Source: Caecitellus pseudoparvulus (lineage: Eukaryota; Protista; Bigyra: Bicosoecida). From it: a stretch of DNA of 64,000 nt. The notes beneath the pieces are model-generated. The model was given only the letters and a program-made list of their open reading frames with translations, was not told the DNA's origin and did not search any database. How positions within the stretch are numbered: position 1 is the stretch's first letter; the number at the start of each line of letters is the position of its first letter. The stretch spans positions 124,001 to 188,000 of the forward strand of contig CBFFRQ010000031.1 in NCBI GenBank assembly GCA_965644315.1, written 5' to 3'. Made by a program: the position numbers and the translations under genes. Below are positions 53,356 to 64,000 of the stretch, piece by piece.

Positions 53356-55073
53356 TCACAGGAAGGTCTTGGGAGTCATGGTGTAGGAGGGCGCTCCCTT
53401 CTTGGCCTTGAGCGCCTGGGCCGTGAACGGCTGCCCCGTGACTCCCAGCACCCGCTCCCAGGTGCGGCCCAGGGGGTCCATCACGCGGGGGGAGTTGTCC
53501 ACCAGCACCTGCATGGGGATGTACACCGTGCGGTTGTTGTACAGGCCGACAGAGAACCCTGTCAGCCCCGCCATGGCCCCATGCACTGCGTTCTGTCCCA
53601 GCAGGAGGCAGTACAGCGCGTCGCTGGCGTTGGCGGGGACTGACCGAATGACGTACGACGGGTCAATGAGTTTCACGGGTGGCTTCTCGCCCAGCAGCGC
53701 CCCCAGCTCCCTGGCAAGCGTGTCCCGCAACCAGGGACCCACAGGGGGCAGCTTGGCGTTGCCGCCCGCGTCCACAGCAGGCTTGCCCTGCTCGTCCACC
53801 TCCGGCGGCATGTACTCAGTCCCTGCACCCTCCGCCACCACCACCACAGCGTGGCCCTTGCGCTGGATGACGGCGTGCAGGTGGGGGATGAGCCCGTCCT
53901 GGCCGTGCAGGGGGGTGGTCACCTCCGGCACGAGGCAGGCGTCCACGTCGCCGCTGGCAAGCGTGGCGTGTGCAGCGATGAAGCCCGCATGACGCCCCAT
54001 GAGCTTCACCAGCCCGACGCAGTGGGGTGCGGAGCGTGCCTCCACGACGGCCGCCTTGATGGCTTTCACGGCCTCCCCCACCGCCGTCGTGAAGCCGAAG
54101 GAGCGGTCCACCAGGCTGACGTCGTTGTCGATGGTCTTGGGGATGCCCACGACTGCCAGGGGCCGCCCGGCGTCGGCCGCCCACCGGGCGATCTTCACTG
54201 CCCCACGGTGGGTGCCGTCACCGCCCACGATGAACAGGCACTGCACACTGTACTTGTCCACGAAGGCTTCGATGGCAGCCAAGTTGAAGCCGCCGCGCGC
54301 CGAACCCAGCACTGTGCCCCCCGCGTCATGAATGCGCTCCACAGACGCCAACGTCAACTCAGTGGGCGGGTGGGCGGCAGCGTCGAAGCCATTGAAGCCG
54401 TCTGTGATGCCCAGCACCCTGGAAGCACCGTAGTCCAACAGCAGCGTGCGAGTCACCTCGCGGATGATGTTGTTGAGCCCTGGACACAGCCCGCCGCAGG
54501 TGACGATGGCTGCCGTCACGGCGGTGGGCTCAAAGAACAGGGCCCGCCGAGGACCAGCACGCACATACGCGCGGGACACCGGCTCGTGGCTGGCCTTGCG
54601 CACAATGTCAGCGATGATGATGTTGTCCTCCTTGATGAAGTTCTGTGGACAGGGCGTCGGCGGCATGAGGTGTGCGAAGGCCAGGCCGGGGCCGCACTCC
54701 CCACAGCCACGCACAGGGTACTTTCGTGGGTTGGGGGCGTGCTGGGCAAGGTCAGGCAGGGTGTCAGCAAGCGACGGCACGTCCATCAAGCGGACCTCGG
54801 TGATGGCGTGCCTGTGGGCAGTGTGACGGCGTGGTGATCTGCGGAGTTTGCCAGGCGTCCTTCTCGGACTCACTGGTGCGACAGGGAGAAGTTCTGCAGG
54901 ACGAAGTCGCGCCCAAGACCCTTTTTGTGCCAGGGCAGGCTGTGTTGTGGTTTAGCTGCCAGCGGCAGCGACGCTGGGGGTCCCTGTTGCCGAGCTGGCT
55001 CAGAGGCCTGGCTGCGCTTGCGCAGCGCCGCGACGGCAAGCGCCGCCACAGCGACACAGCCTGCAAGCTCCAT
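53356..55073 (-). CDS. ATP-dependent 6-phosphofructokinase (plant/trypanosome group-X type) with an N-terminal hydrophobic anchor; introns 54873..54812 and 54714..54643
   Basis: RAGPR, IVTCGGLCPGLNNIIRE, GGTVLGSARGG, GGDGTHRGA (Gly = ATP-type), GIPKTIDND, MGRHAGFIA, VVVAEGAG and DPSYVIRSVPA. Confidence 0.95.
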
Positions 55074-55218
55074 GACTAAGCACGAGTGGAGGGCAGCTCT
55101 CGCCTGCTCACATGGGTGCTGCGTGGCCCAGCGTGCGCTGTCTGTTGAATGTACACGCAGCAGTGCATTGTCCGGGGCCGAGGAGGCTCGGTCATGCGAG
55201 TTCACAGGCGGCAGGCCA

Positions 55219-56132
55219 TCATTCCTGGATCAGGGGTAGGGAAGGCAGTAAGTGGGAAGCCAGGAAGTATCCCAGCACGCTGGCTGCGGCGGTGGCAGCG
55301 ATAGCCATGCCACCCGCCCAAGCCCGACTGCGGTACGGCAGCAGGCGTGACTTCATGCCGACAAGGAGAGCGGTGGACAGGCATGCCGTGGCCAGCACCA
55401 CCACCACCAGCGCCGCTGTTCGCCAGTGCAGGGGCAGGGCAGGGTGCCCCATCTCCCACATGAGCAGGGCGCCGCAGGGGATGCTGCCTGCCGCGGCGAA
55501 GGCCACGGCTGCACAGACGGCGTTGTGCAGGGGGTCGTACGTGGGAGCCTGCATGCGCAGCTCCAGGGCCATCATGAGGTCTGTGAAGAACTCCGTGTGA
55601 ACCGACAGAGTCGTCATGCTGCTGCGTGCAGCGCCCTCCGCCACGCCCCACCCCACCAGCAGCTCCGTCATCTCAGCCACCTCCCCCTCGGGGAAGTTCT
55701 TCAACTCCCACAGCTCCCGCCTGCGCTCCCGAGCGTAAAACGCCTGGTCGCTGGTGTACTGCAGGTACACCCGCACTGCCAGCGCTGCGCCCAGGGCAAT
55801 GGTGCTGCTGAACGCCAGAGCCAGCAGGGTGCTGGGCGGCAAGCCGACGGCTGCCCCAGCTGCGATGACACCGCTGGCCGCCATGGTGCCGTCAAACGCG
55901 CCATACACGGCACACTTTTCCAAGACACTTGCCCCCCTGTGCATGGCCAGGTGGGGTGAGTGCGGGCCTGCTCCGTGACGGCCACGCATGGCATTCCAAA
56001 CACATCAGCGAAACGCTACACGTACTCGGCATGCCCTGGCTCACACTTGACGACTTGGTGTGCAGCAGCACTGGCAGCTGTCGAACCCATCTCATAGGCT
56101 TGCCTGGCTGCATCCAAGTCACGGCTCGCCAT
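55219..56132 (-). CDS. VIT1/CCC1-family metal transporter-like protein; intron ~56025..55937
   Basis: Exon 1 is MASRDLDAARQAYE...AAAH. Then AVYGAFDG, the cytoplasmic metal-binding segment ERRRELWELKNFPEGEVAEM...MMALEL, FAAAGSIP and about 5 TM segments. Confidence 0.85.
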
Positions 56133-56399
56133 GGCGGGCACTCGGTGTGCGGCGGTTCAAAGTCCTGACGTAAGGTGACGGGCCGGTGTCAACGATGGCA
56201 GGCCGGCTTCCCCACCTAGGCTGCGCCAACAGACCTGACGCGGGGAACAGGAGGGGGTGCAGCACGTATTGCTTTAGTCGCTGGGCTGCATGGCACCGAA
56301 TCGAGTTTGCTGCGGTGCGGTAGGTGAAGGGAGTCGAGCAGGGAATCCCTGGACGGGCAGGCATCCGCAGACAGTGCATTGATTGAGACGGAGGCGCAC

Positions 56400-56945
56400 T
56401 CAGATGAGCAGCTTCTCGATGGCCAGCTTGGTGGTGTCAATCTGGCCCTTGAGCTGGGAGCCCTCGGTGGTCATGATGCTAGCGGAGATGACGGGGCGGG
56501 ACACGTTGCAGGCACGGCCCAGCGCCACCTTGGATGGCACGAAGACGTAGGGCACGTTCTTGTCTTCGCACAGCAGGGGCAGGTGCAGGAGGATCTCCAG
56601 GGGCTCTGCGTCAGCTGCCAGCACGATGAACTCAGAGATGCCTCGGTTCAGGGTCTTGGTGGCTGTGGCGCGGCAGGAGGGGGCGGGGCAACTCGTGAGG
56701 CGTGGCGGGCAAGTTCCGCAGACACGCAACGTGCTCACCCTCGTTGGCGCCCTTCTTCAGCTGCTTGTAGTTGGCAGCCTGCTGCACCAGCTCCAGAATG
56801 GAGACAGTCAGCTTGCTGTCGGCGAGAGGGTACGCCTTGGGGTTCACCTTGGGAGTCTCAGCGGCCTGAGGGTGTGGGGTGGAACAGCGGGAGTGCAGGA
56901 GGCGCGAGGCGCACACTGCGGCGGCCGCAGCGGCACACGCACCAT
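56400..56945 (-). CDS. SNU13: Snu13/15.5K (NHP2L1) snRNP/snoRNP protein; introns 56942..56866 and 56738..56663
   Basis: [18 protein letters not shown]|[52 protein letters not shown]. Confidence 0.98.
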
Positions 56946-57386
56946 GATGGAATGGGAAAGGGGGGGAAGTCAGGTGCATCACCGAGTAGACGGATCATTT
57001 GCGAGCTTGGAGGGCAGGGAGGTTGCGGAGGGGTTGGAAAGTGATCCTGCTAGCGGCTGTGTGTGTCTGTGTGGCCTGGCGGTGGCGAGCGCAGCTGGGC
57101 CTTGGGACCAAATCCAGGCCGCACCCGCGATGTATTATGGTTGCAGTACACCATGCCTCCCATAATTCTCGCACTGAACTGTGTGGCTCTGCTTCGCGGC
57201 ACGCCTGACTCCTGTCCAGCACTCGGAGCAGGAAAGCTCTCTCTGCCGTGTGGAGTGCAGACTGTGCAAGAGCACCGTGAGCTGGGCGGCACGCGTCCAA
57301 GCAAGGTGTCAGTCAGACATCACGCGATTGTACCGCGTGGCGTGTCCTAGGTAGACCACTGCACACCATCACGTTCCCCAGCAACC

Positions 57387-58657
57387 ATGGGTGCGTCTTC
57401 TGCGGAAATTGTGCCTCGCAGCTGCCCGAAGGCGGCCCGTCCTGCACCCCGCCCCTCGGCCACCACGGCAGTGGACGTACTTGAAGAACAACAGATGGAG
57501 GTAGAGGCCATTGAGTCCATCTACGTGATGGGGGAGTTTAACTGTGCGTGTCTCCGGGAGCCTGCAGCACGCGCACGTGCTCGACTGGCCTGCTTGCCAC
57601 CCCTTCTCAGTGACGGGGGAACGGCCTAGTGGCGGCCCACTGTCCTTCACCTTGGACCTGAGGCCACACGAAGAAGGCATGGGCGAGGTGAATCACGGTG
57701 CGTGGCCAGCCGCGAGTCAGCCAGCCCGCAGGCTGAACCAGCACTCAGCGCCGCCTGACACCCTGTGCAGTGGCTGCGCGCCTGACCGTCGTGTACAACG
57801 ACACGTACCCCGAGACGCAAGCCGACAGCATGACTGTGAGCGGCTTGGATGGACTGACAACGTCGCAGGTGGCGGAGCTGCAGGGCGTCGTGGATGCGGC
57901 GCAGGAGGAGAACGTCGGCATTGCCTGCGTGTTCAGCGTGGCGGAGGGCGTGAAGGAGTGGCTGGCGGACAACAACCACCCGCCCTCCGACGGCAGCATG
58001 CGGGGGCAGATGCTGGACCGGCAGCGCAAGGAGGCCCTGGCAGCTGCCAAGGCAGAGGCGGAGGCGGCTGCCGCCAAGGCTGCCGCAGCAGAGGTGGCTG
58101 CCCGCCGGGCGGCTCAGGAGGCACGCTTCACGGGGGATGGGGAAGGGGGGTTGCCGGGTGCTGCCGTGGCTGCGCCCTTTGTGGACTACTCTGACACATC
58201 TGGAGACGTGCTGGGCGGGAAGGTGGACACCTCCCACGGCACCATGGTGACCGTGGACACCTTCATGGAGTGGCGGGCAGCGTTCGAGGCAGAGCAGGGC
58301 ATCGACCGGGAGGCAGAGGAGGCAGCACGCGAAGCCGCCATCACCGGGCGCAAGTGGTTCCAAGCCAACAGCAAAGGCGTGGCGGTGGCTGCCGCCGCGG
58401 CAGCTGCTGAGGCTGCCGACCGCGTCACGGCTGCGGCTGCCAGTGGGGAGGGCGGGGAGGAGGATGACGACGACTACGGTGCTGCGGCGGCGGAGGCGGA
58501 GGCAGAGCGGGCTGGCCCCATTGACGCCTCTGTGTTTGCAGGGGAGGAGGACGAAGACCTCTCCGACTTGTCCGACCTCTCTGACGGCGAGGGTGAGGGC
58601 GAGGAGGAGGAGGAAAGCGACGATGAGGACTTCGGCGTGGGCGCAGGGTTCGAGTGA
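57387..58657 (+). CDS. RWDD1: RWD domain-containing protein 1 / Gir2 (DFRP2); three short 5' introns
   Basis: EEQQMEVEAIESIY, YNDTYPET, ENVG...VFSVAE..KEWL, HGTMVTVDTFMEWRAAFEAE, ITGRKWF and an acidic tail. Confidence 0.88.
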
Positions 58658-58695
58658 GCACCGTACCGGGCGGTGGCGCGGGTGTGCCGGTGTGC

Positions 58696-58703
58696 AATGC
58701 ATT
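58696..58703. terminator. Palindromic (C)AATGCATT(G), putative bidirectional 3'-end signal between RWDD1 and PDI
   Basis: Lies in the 56-nt gap between the convergent stops at 58657 and 58714. Confidence 0.55.
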
Positions 58704-58713
58704 GTCCTCATGC

Positions 58714-60613
58714 TCACAAGTCCTCAGAGTCCTTGGAGATGTCGCTGGCGGCGTTCTTGTTGATGAACTCGATGATGCCATCAGCTGTGCGGTCGCCGTC
58801 GAAGGTGACGGGGGTGTTGGAGCCGGCAGGGAAGAAGTACAGAGTGGGGAAGCCCTGCACGTTGACGCCGGGGTGGTCCACCTCGTTGGCGGTGGCGTCC
58901 ACCTTGGCGATGACGACGGAGTCGACATCCTCGAAGTGCTCTGCGGCCTTCTCGTACTCGGGGGCCAGCGCCTTGCAGTGGCCGCACCAGGGGGCGTAGA
59001 ACTCCACCAGCACGTCCTTGGACTCGTCCAGGGCAACTGCCTCGAAGCTCTTGCCGACAATGACCTTGACGTTGCCATCGTAGTCCTCGCCGTCGGCGGG
59101 GATGGGCTCGGACTTCAGGAAGGGCTTCAGCTTGCCAGCGGAGAAGTCGTCCACGAACTGCACGAGGGCCTCCGTGGAGAAGTCGTGCTTGCCGTCCACC
59201 TTGGGGTACGCAAACTTCTTCATGGCGGCGCCCTCAGGCATGCTGACCAGCACGGCAGTGGGGGTGTCCTCTGCGGAGATGTCGAAGTAGCCCATGACGC
59301 GGTCCTCGGCGGGGCCGACGGTGATGAACAGGACGGTGCCCTTGCGGTCCACGGCAGCCTGGCGGTAGGCAGCCATCAGGTCAGCGGATGACTTGTCAGC
59401 GACGTCCACGAACAGCAGGAAGTGGTTCATGATGGGGCCGGAGAAGATCTTGTTGGCGTTGGCAGAGGAGAAGGGGACGACCAGAGGCAGGGCAGCGCTG
59501 TTCACGAAGGTGGTGAGCGCATCCACAGTCACGTCGCCCTCGAAGACGGCATCCTCCTCACCCTCGAACGAGCGGAAGGCAACGATGGCGCCGTCAGAGA
59601 CGCCGTTGGCAGATGCGGCATCTGCATCGGCCACGATGCCGAAGGGCACGGAGTCGACGGCACCTGCGACAGCCTTGAAGGCGGCAGCGGCGTCAGTGGA
59701 GTCGTCGGAGAAGAAGCCAACGACAGCAACCTCAGCATCAGCAGTGAAGGCCTTGATGCCATCGGCACCCTCCAGCACCTTGAAGGCAGGGCCAGACTTC
59801 TTGGTGACCCAGTTGACGATCTCGTCGGCGGTGCGGCCGCCGCCGTACTCGGTGGGCTTGCCACCGCGGAAGAACTTCAGGGTGGGGAAGCCACGCACAT
59901 CGAAGCGGTCTCCCAGCTCCCGGTTGGCGGTGGCGTCGACCTGAGATGCGTAGCGGGCCGGCGCCGTGTGGGTCACTTCCTCAACAGGAGCAAGGTGAAG
60001 CGTACACGGGCAGGCGGCTGAGCAACACGCACCTTGGCGATGAAGAGGTCGTCCTTCTTCAGGGTAGTGGCAGCCTTGGCGTATTCAGGGGCCAGGGACT
60101 TGCAGTGTCCGCACCACTGTGGGGGGCAGGGTGGCGGGGAATGCGTGCAGGCAAGGCTCAACGGGGTTGGTGTTGGCGTGGCGGCGGCGATGCAAGACAC
60201 GTGGACCACAGCCCCGCCTGCGGCGACGGGAACAGCAACCAGGCACACAAAGCGCCGCTGGTCAACTTGTGAGCCACGCGTGCGTGGGACTCCAAGCACT
60301 CTCGAGCAAGCCGCAGCAGTGCAGGGGCACTTGCGGCTTTGCAAGGAACTGTGCCGTGCGGGTGCACTGCAGCACACGTACAGGTGCGTAGAACTCCACC
60401 AGCAGCGTGTCGAAAGAGCCAATGGCCTCGTCGAAGTTGGAGTCATCCAAGACCAGCACGTCGTCCTCCACGGGGAACTGTACAGCGGCGGAGGCCAGCG
60501 CGGGCAGTGGTGCGGCAAGCACGCTACGTGTCAGTGGTGCGCTGCCGACTCACGTCGTGTGCAGCTGCCACGGCAACGGCCGCAGCAGCCAGGAAAGTGG
60601 CCAACAGCTTCAT
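58714..60613 (-). CDS. Protein disulfide isomerase (a-b-b'-a'); three introns
   Basis: Signal peptide MKLLATFLAAAAVAVAAA. Two EFYAPWCGHCK sites, the first split by intron 60381..60117. GFPTL occurs twice. The C-terminus is SEDL. Confidence 0.96.
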
Positions 60614-60787
60614 GACTACTGAGGAGTTGCAACGAACGCCACGTGTCCCACACCTGGGCTGTGGTTGATTGCTGGGGGTTGGTTGGATAGTGCTGCGGGG
60701 CGCCCTCTGCTCCAGCCGCCCCGCAACACAAGATGGGCACCCACAGACTGTAGGCTGGAGACTACGACAGCAATGGGGTGGCATGCA

Positions 60788-61694
60788 TTACGCGCGGGCC
60801 TCCTGTGAGGCAGCCCACTCCCGCATCTGCACATGCCGGCTGAGGTACCCACGCTTGGCATCGGAGTTGTAGTGCTTCATGAGCTTTGAAGGGGGAGTGG
60901 GGTTCTTCGGCAGCACGGCAAACTTCTGAGGCTTCAAGTGGCCTCGCAGGGCCACGCGACCGTAGTACTGTGTTGTGACTTTGCCGCCCACCTCCTCCAC
61001 CCGGGCAATGGCCGAGGCGGAGGCGTCGGACACCGTCAAGTCCAGCTTTGCCGTGAAGCCCTGCGCGCCAGTGCCCAGCAGCTTCACCCCCTCCTTCAAG
61101 TGCCTGCCGACAATGCCACTGAGCCACAGGTCCCGCAAGGTGATGGGCTTGCTGGCGTCTAATCTGCCCTTGTCCACCCACTGCTGCAGCTTGGCGAGGC
61201 TCACCACGTCCAAATTGCGCTTGAACCTGCGCAAAACACGGTGGAAATGAGCGTGCACACAGGATCCAAACAAACCGAAACTTGCCGAGGGCAGTGCCGC
61301 GCAGGAGGTGCGGGGCCCTGCCCTGCAAGCGTGTGCAAGGCGCCGGCTGGCGCTGCGGAAGTTGAGCGGGAACGCACCTGGCGTTGGAGAAGCCCACCTT
61401 GGGCAGCCTGCGGGCCAGTGGCGTCTGCCCGCCCTCAAACCCGGGGCGAACACCACCACCACTGCGAGCCTTGTGTCCCTTGTGTCCGCGGGTGCTGGTC
61501 TTGCCACGCCCAGCGCCATCACCCCTGCCAACCAGCTTGGCCTTCTTCATGGCTCCCTCATTGTCCCGCAGGTCGTTCAGCCAGAACGTGACGGGGGCTG
61601 GCTCAGCACATGCCGCAGTTGTGTGCACGCCCCGCACGGGCCCCCCTGCACGAGACCCCGCTCGCCCTACAGCCGCAGCAGCGGCGCGCAGCAT
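60788..61694 (-). CDS. MRPL15: Mitochondrial ribosomal protein uL15m; intron ~61377..61227
   Basis: Presequence [11 protein letters not shown], then [11 protein letters not shown]...[39 protein letters not shown] and AS.SAI..VE..GG. Confidence 0.93.
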
Positions 61695-62037
61695 TCTGAT
61701 GCGGAAATAGCGCACGTCCACTCCTGACCGCCGTCCACTGGCCACGCAGGAATCAGCGGCGGGCTGCTGGGGGCAGAGAGAAGGTGTCCTCTTCGTTGGC
61801 GAAACTCTCGCGTGGTCACGCAGTGAAGGAGCGGCTTGAATTTGCCGAGGCGCGAGGCTTGGCAGTGCTGGCTGCACGAGCCGAATCAAGCAGTCAGGGC
61901 GCCCGCAAGCTTGCAGCAGGCAGCAGAGGCCGAGCTCAGCTGCCGCAAGCCCATGCCTGCACACAGGGCAAGTTCGGATCGGCCACTCGCTGCTGCGCCT
62001 GCACGCACGGCATGCGCACTGCACCCCCGCAACAACG

Positions 62038-62915
62038 TCACATGAAATCCTCCTCCCAGTCCTCAGCAGCAGCTTGGTCCACAGTGGGCACACTGGTGAG
62101 GGTGCCGCCGCCACCCGCCGCCGCAGCAGCCTGTATCTCGTCCCCGAACAAGTCCTCGTCTAGTTCCGCGCCGCGCCCCCCCCCGGGAGCCTGCGCGAAG
62201 AGGCTCTTGTACGACCGCAGGTCAGCCTGGGCCGCCATGTCCTTGCGCGCCTGGGCTGCCGCAGCTGCCTCCTCCTGCCGCTCAGCCTTGAGTTTCTTGC
62301 GCTCCACCGCATCCCGTGCCCGCCGCTGGCCTTCCAGATCCGGCTCCTCCACCCACGTCTTGGTCTTGGCCAGGGCGCGCAGGATGTCCTTGTCCCGGGA
62401 CACGGTGCGGTACTGCTTCTGGGAGGGCTTGTGGAAACCCACCTGCCCCACCTCCATGCTCTTTGTCTTGCGCAGGTTGGCCCACGGCGTGTACACGATC
62501 TTCACGTTCTTGATCTTGCTGCCTTTGATGCTGTTGGCCTTCACCAGCTGGCAACACTCTTCCAGGGCGTCTTCTGAAATGTCAGTCCAGTCAGTGCCCT
62601 TGGGCAGGCGCAGGTACACGTGTGCAGAACTCATGTCGTCCACGTGAAACCACACATCTGCAGGCCTCACAAGCAGCGCACGCATCGTGAAGGAAAGAGT
62701 GGGCACCAGGCTTCACCGTGGCTCACACACCTTCAGGCCAGCCCCACTTGATGAGGAGCTCGTTCTCATGCTTGTCCTTCCCCATGTACACCATCGTACC
62801 ATCTACAACGCGTGCAAACCGCGCAGCGTGCTGGGCGTGAACGCAGGCGAAACGCTGGCGCCTGGGCCTGTCAGCGAACGCCAGACGCACCTGAAGTTGT
62901 GAAGTAAAACACCAT
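62038..62915 (-). CDS. CCDC25: CCDC25/Jlp2 (NFACT-R, DUF814) protein; two introns
   Basis: MVFYFTTS|[24 protein letters not shown]|[28 protein letters not shown] and [10 protein letters not shown]...GQVGFH, ending EEDFM. Confidence 0.96.
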
Positions 62916-63193
62916 CGTGTGTATGGCTGTGTGAAGAGCTTCTGGGTGCGGTGGGAATCACTGCAGCTGAATGCCCAGCGAGTTACCGGTGCGTGACGAG
63001 GACAGAAAGTTGCAAGCCAGAAGTCTGCGACGCTGGCACACGCCAGTCCCTCACGTGCGCACAACTGGTCACGTGGAGTGCTCCCACGAACAGCATGCGA
63101 GATTTGATGTTGGGTGGTGTGGATGTAAATTGCTGCACGTTCTGTGCGACTAGGAAGCGCGTGGGGGGGGGGGCAGCGCTGGCTCACCTCCCC

Positions 63194-64000
63194 TCACAAG
63201 ATGCTCTGCACGAGGTCCGCCACTGAGACGCCCCCCGCGCCATCTTGGCAGTGCGACGCCACCAGCTCTTTCAAGGACTCTTCAGACAGCTCTCCTACCT
63301 CCCTTGCCGCAGCTTGCGCAGCCTCATGCCCCGCATACAGCCGGACCTGCCACAAGGCAGCTGCCTGGCCCTGCACGGCCCACGCCTGGCACGCCAAGCA
63401 CACCACGGGCGGCGGCGGGGGCAGCGACACCTCCTGTGCCGTCGCCAGCAGGCTGGGGTGCATGTCCCCCCCTGCTTCCGCCTGCACGAGCTGCACCAGA
63501 GCCTTGGCCAAGCGCAGGTGGGCCAGGGACACCCCCCCATCCACAGTGGCCCCACTTCGCTGGGCAGGGCAGTGCGTCGCCCAGGAGGGAGCGGACGCGC
63601 CCACCTCCAGGCGGCACACTGCCAGGACTGGCCACAACAACTGCCCTGCCTCTGACGCAGTGTCCTGGCCCAGGGTGCGGGCATACTCCTCCTCCGCTCG
63701 CACCACCGCCTGCCGCCCACCCCGTACACCCACCGCCAGCGCGGACTCCAGGACGTTGTCCCCAGCAAGCATGGCTGCCACGCAGCGCAGGGCGCTGTGC
63801 ACAGCCTCAGGGCTGGCCATGCAGCCAGGGCGCCAGGAGCTTGTGCCTGGTGCCTGAGGTGGCAGGGGCAAGGCAGGCAGCAGGAAGAGGCCTGCGCCAC
63901 CTGGTGCGGGGCCTGAGGATGTGCCGTCTGTCCTGTGCACGTGCTGGTGCACGGGCATGCGCTGGCGGCGGGCTTGGTGCCTGTCCTCTTCATGCTGCAT
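63194..64000 (-). CDS. 3' part of a hypothetical helical protein truncated by the window edge
   Basis: Open frame to the stop at 63194 with Ala/Leu-rich helical composition like the neighbouring genes. There may be an intron near 63855-63930. Confidence 0.45.
   Translation of the reverse strand: MQHEEDRHQARRQRMPVHQHVHRTDGTSSGPAPGGAGLFLLPALPLPPQAPGTSSWRPGCMASPEAVHSALRCVAAMLAGDNVLESALAVGVRGGRQAVVRAEEEYARTLGQDTASEAGQLLWPVLAVCRLEVGASAPSWATHCPAQRSGATVDGGVSLAHLRLAKALVQLVQAEAGGDMHPSLLATAQEVSLPPPPPVVCLACQAWAVQGQAAALWQVRLYAGHEAAQAAAREVGELSEESLKELVASHCQDGAGGVSVADLVQSIL

Noticed and set aside
1-64000. Prokaryotic operon, defence system, transposon or endogenous virus/virophage
   Set aside because: The window has spliceosomal introns and eukaryotic housekeeping genes throughout. 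I recognised no transposase, integrase, RT, capsid, tRNA or rRNA, and no long low-GC insertion.

Overview
This is gene-dense, GC-rich eukaryotic nuclear DNA with short spliceosomal introns (mostly 60-100 nt; GTGCGT/GTGAGT donors, YAG acceptors). It is probably from a heterotrophic stramenopile-like flagellate (inference from gene content). About 28 genes can be assembled: nitroreductase, a secreted degenerate-JmjC giant protein, a secreted pseudo-trypsin, RAD50, an orphan, a BRCA1/BARD1-like RING-BRCT protein, BCAS2/SPF27, PIP5K, NOL10, a MINDY3-like deubiquitinase, DHTKD1, a divergent APC5, an ion-channel/adenylyl-cyclase (ACalpha-type) pseudoenzyme, a DUF4795/QRICH2-like coiled-coil protein, a mini TPX2-like protein, RPSA, a PNP-metallothionein fusion, RPAP1, RBM25, DNAJC7, ATP-PFK, a VIT1-like protein, SNU13, RWDD1, PDI, mitochondrial uL15, CCDC25 and a partial ORF. 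The most striking item is an intact purine nucleoside phosphorylase fused in frame to a 26-Cys metallothionein-like repeat domain and a C-terminal membrane anchor, a candidate arsenate-processing or metal-sequestering enzyme. Other highlights: a voltage-sensor cyclase with its catalytic residues lost; a recurrent AATGCA 3'-end signal that convergent genes share as the palindrome AATGCATT; a TPX2 Aurora-binding mini-protein; and a perfect 18-bp inverted repeat upstream of RAD50. All family calls come from remembered motifs, not database searches.
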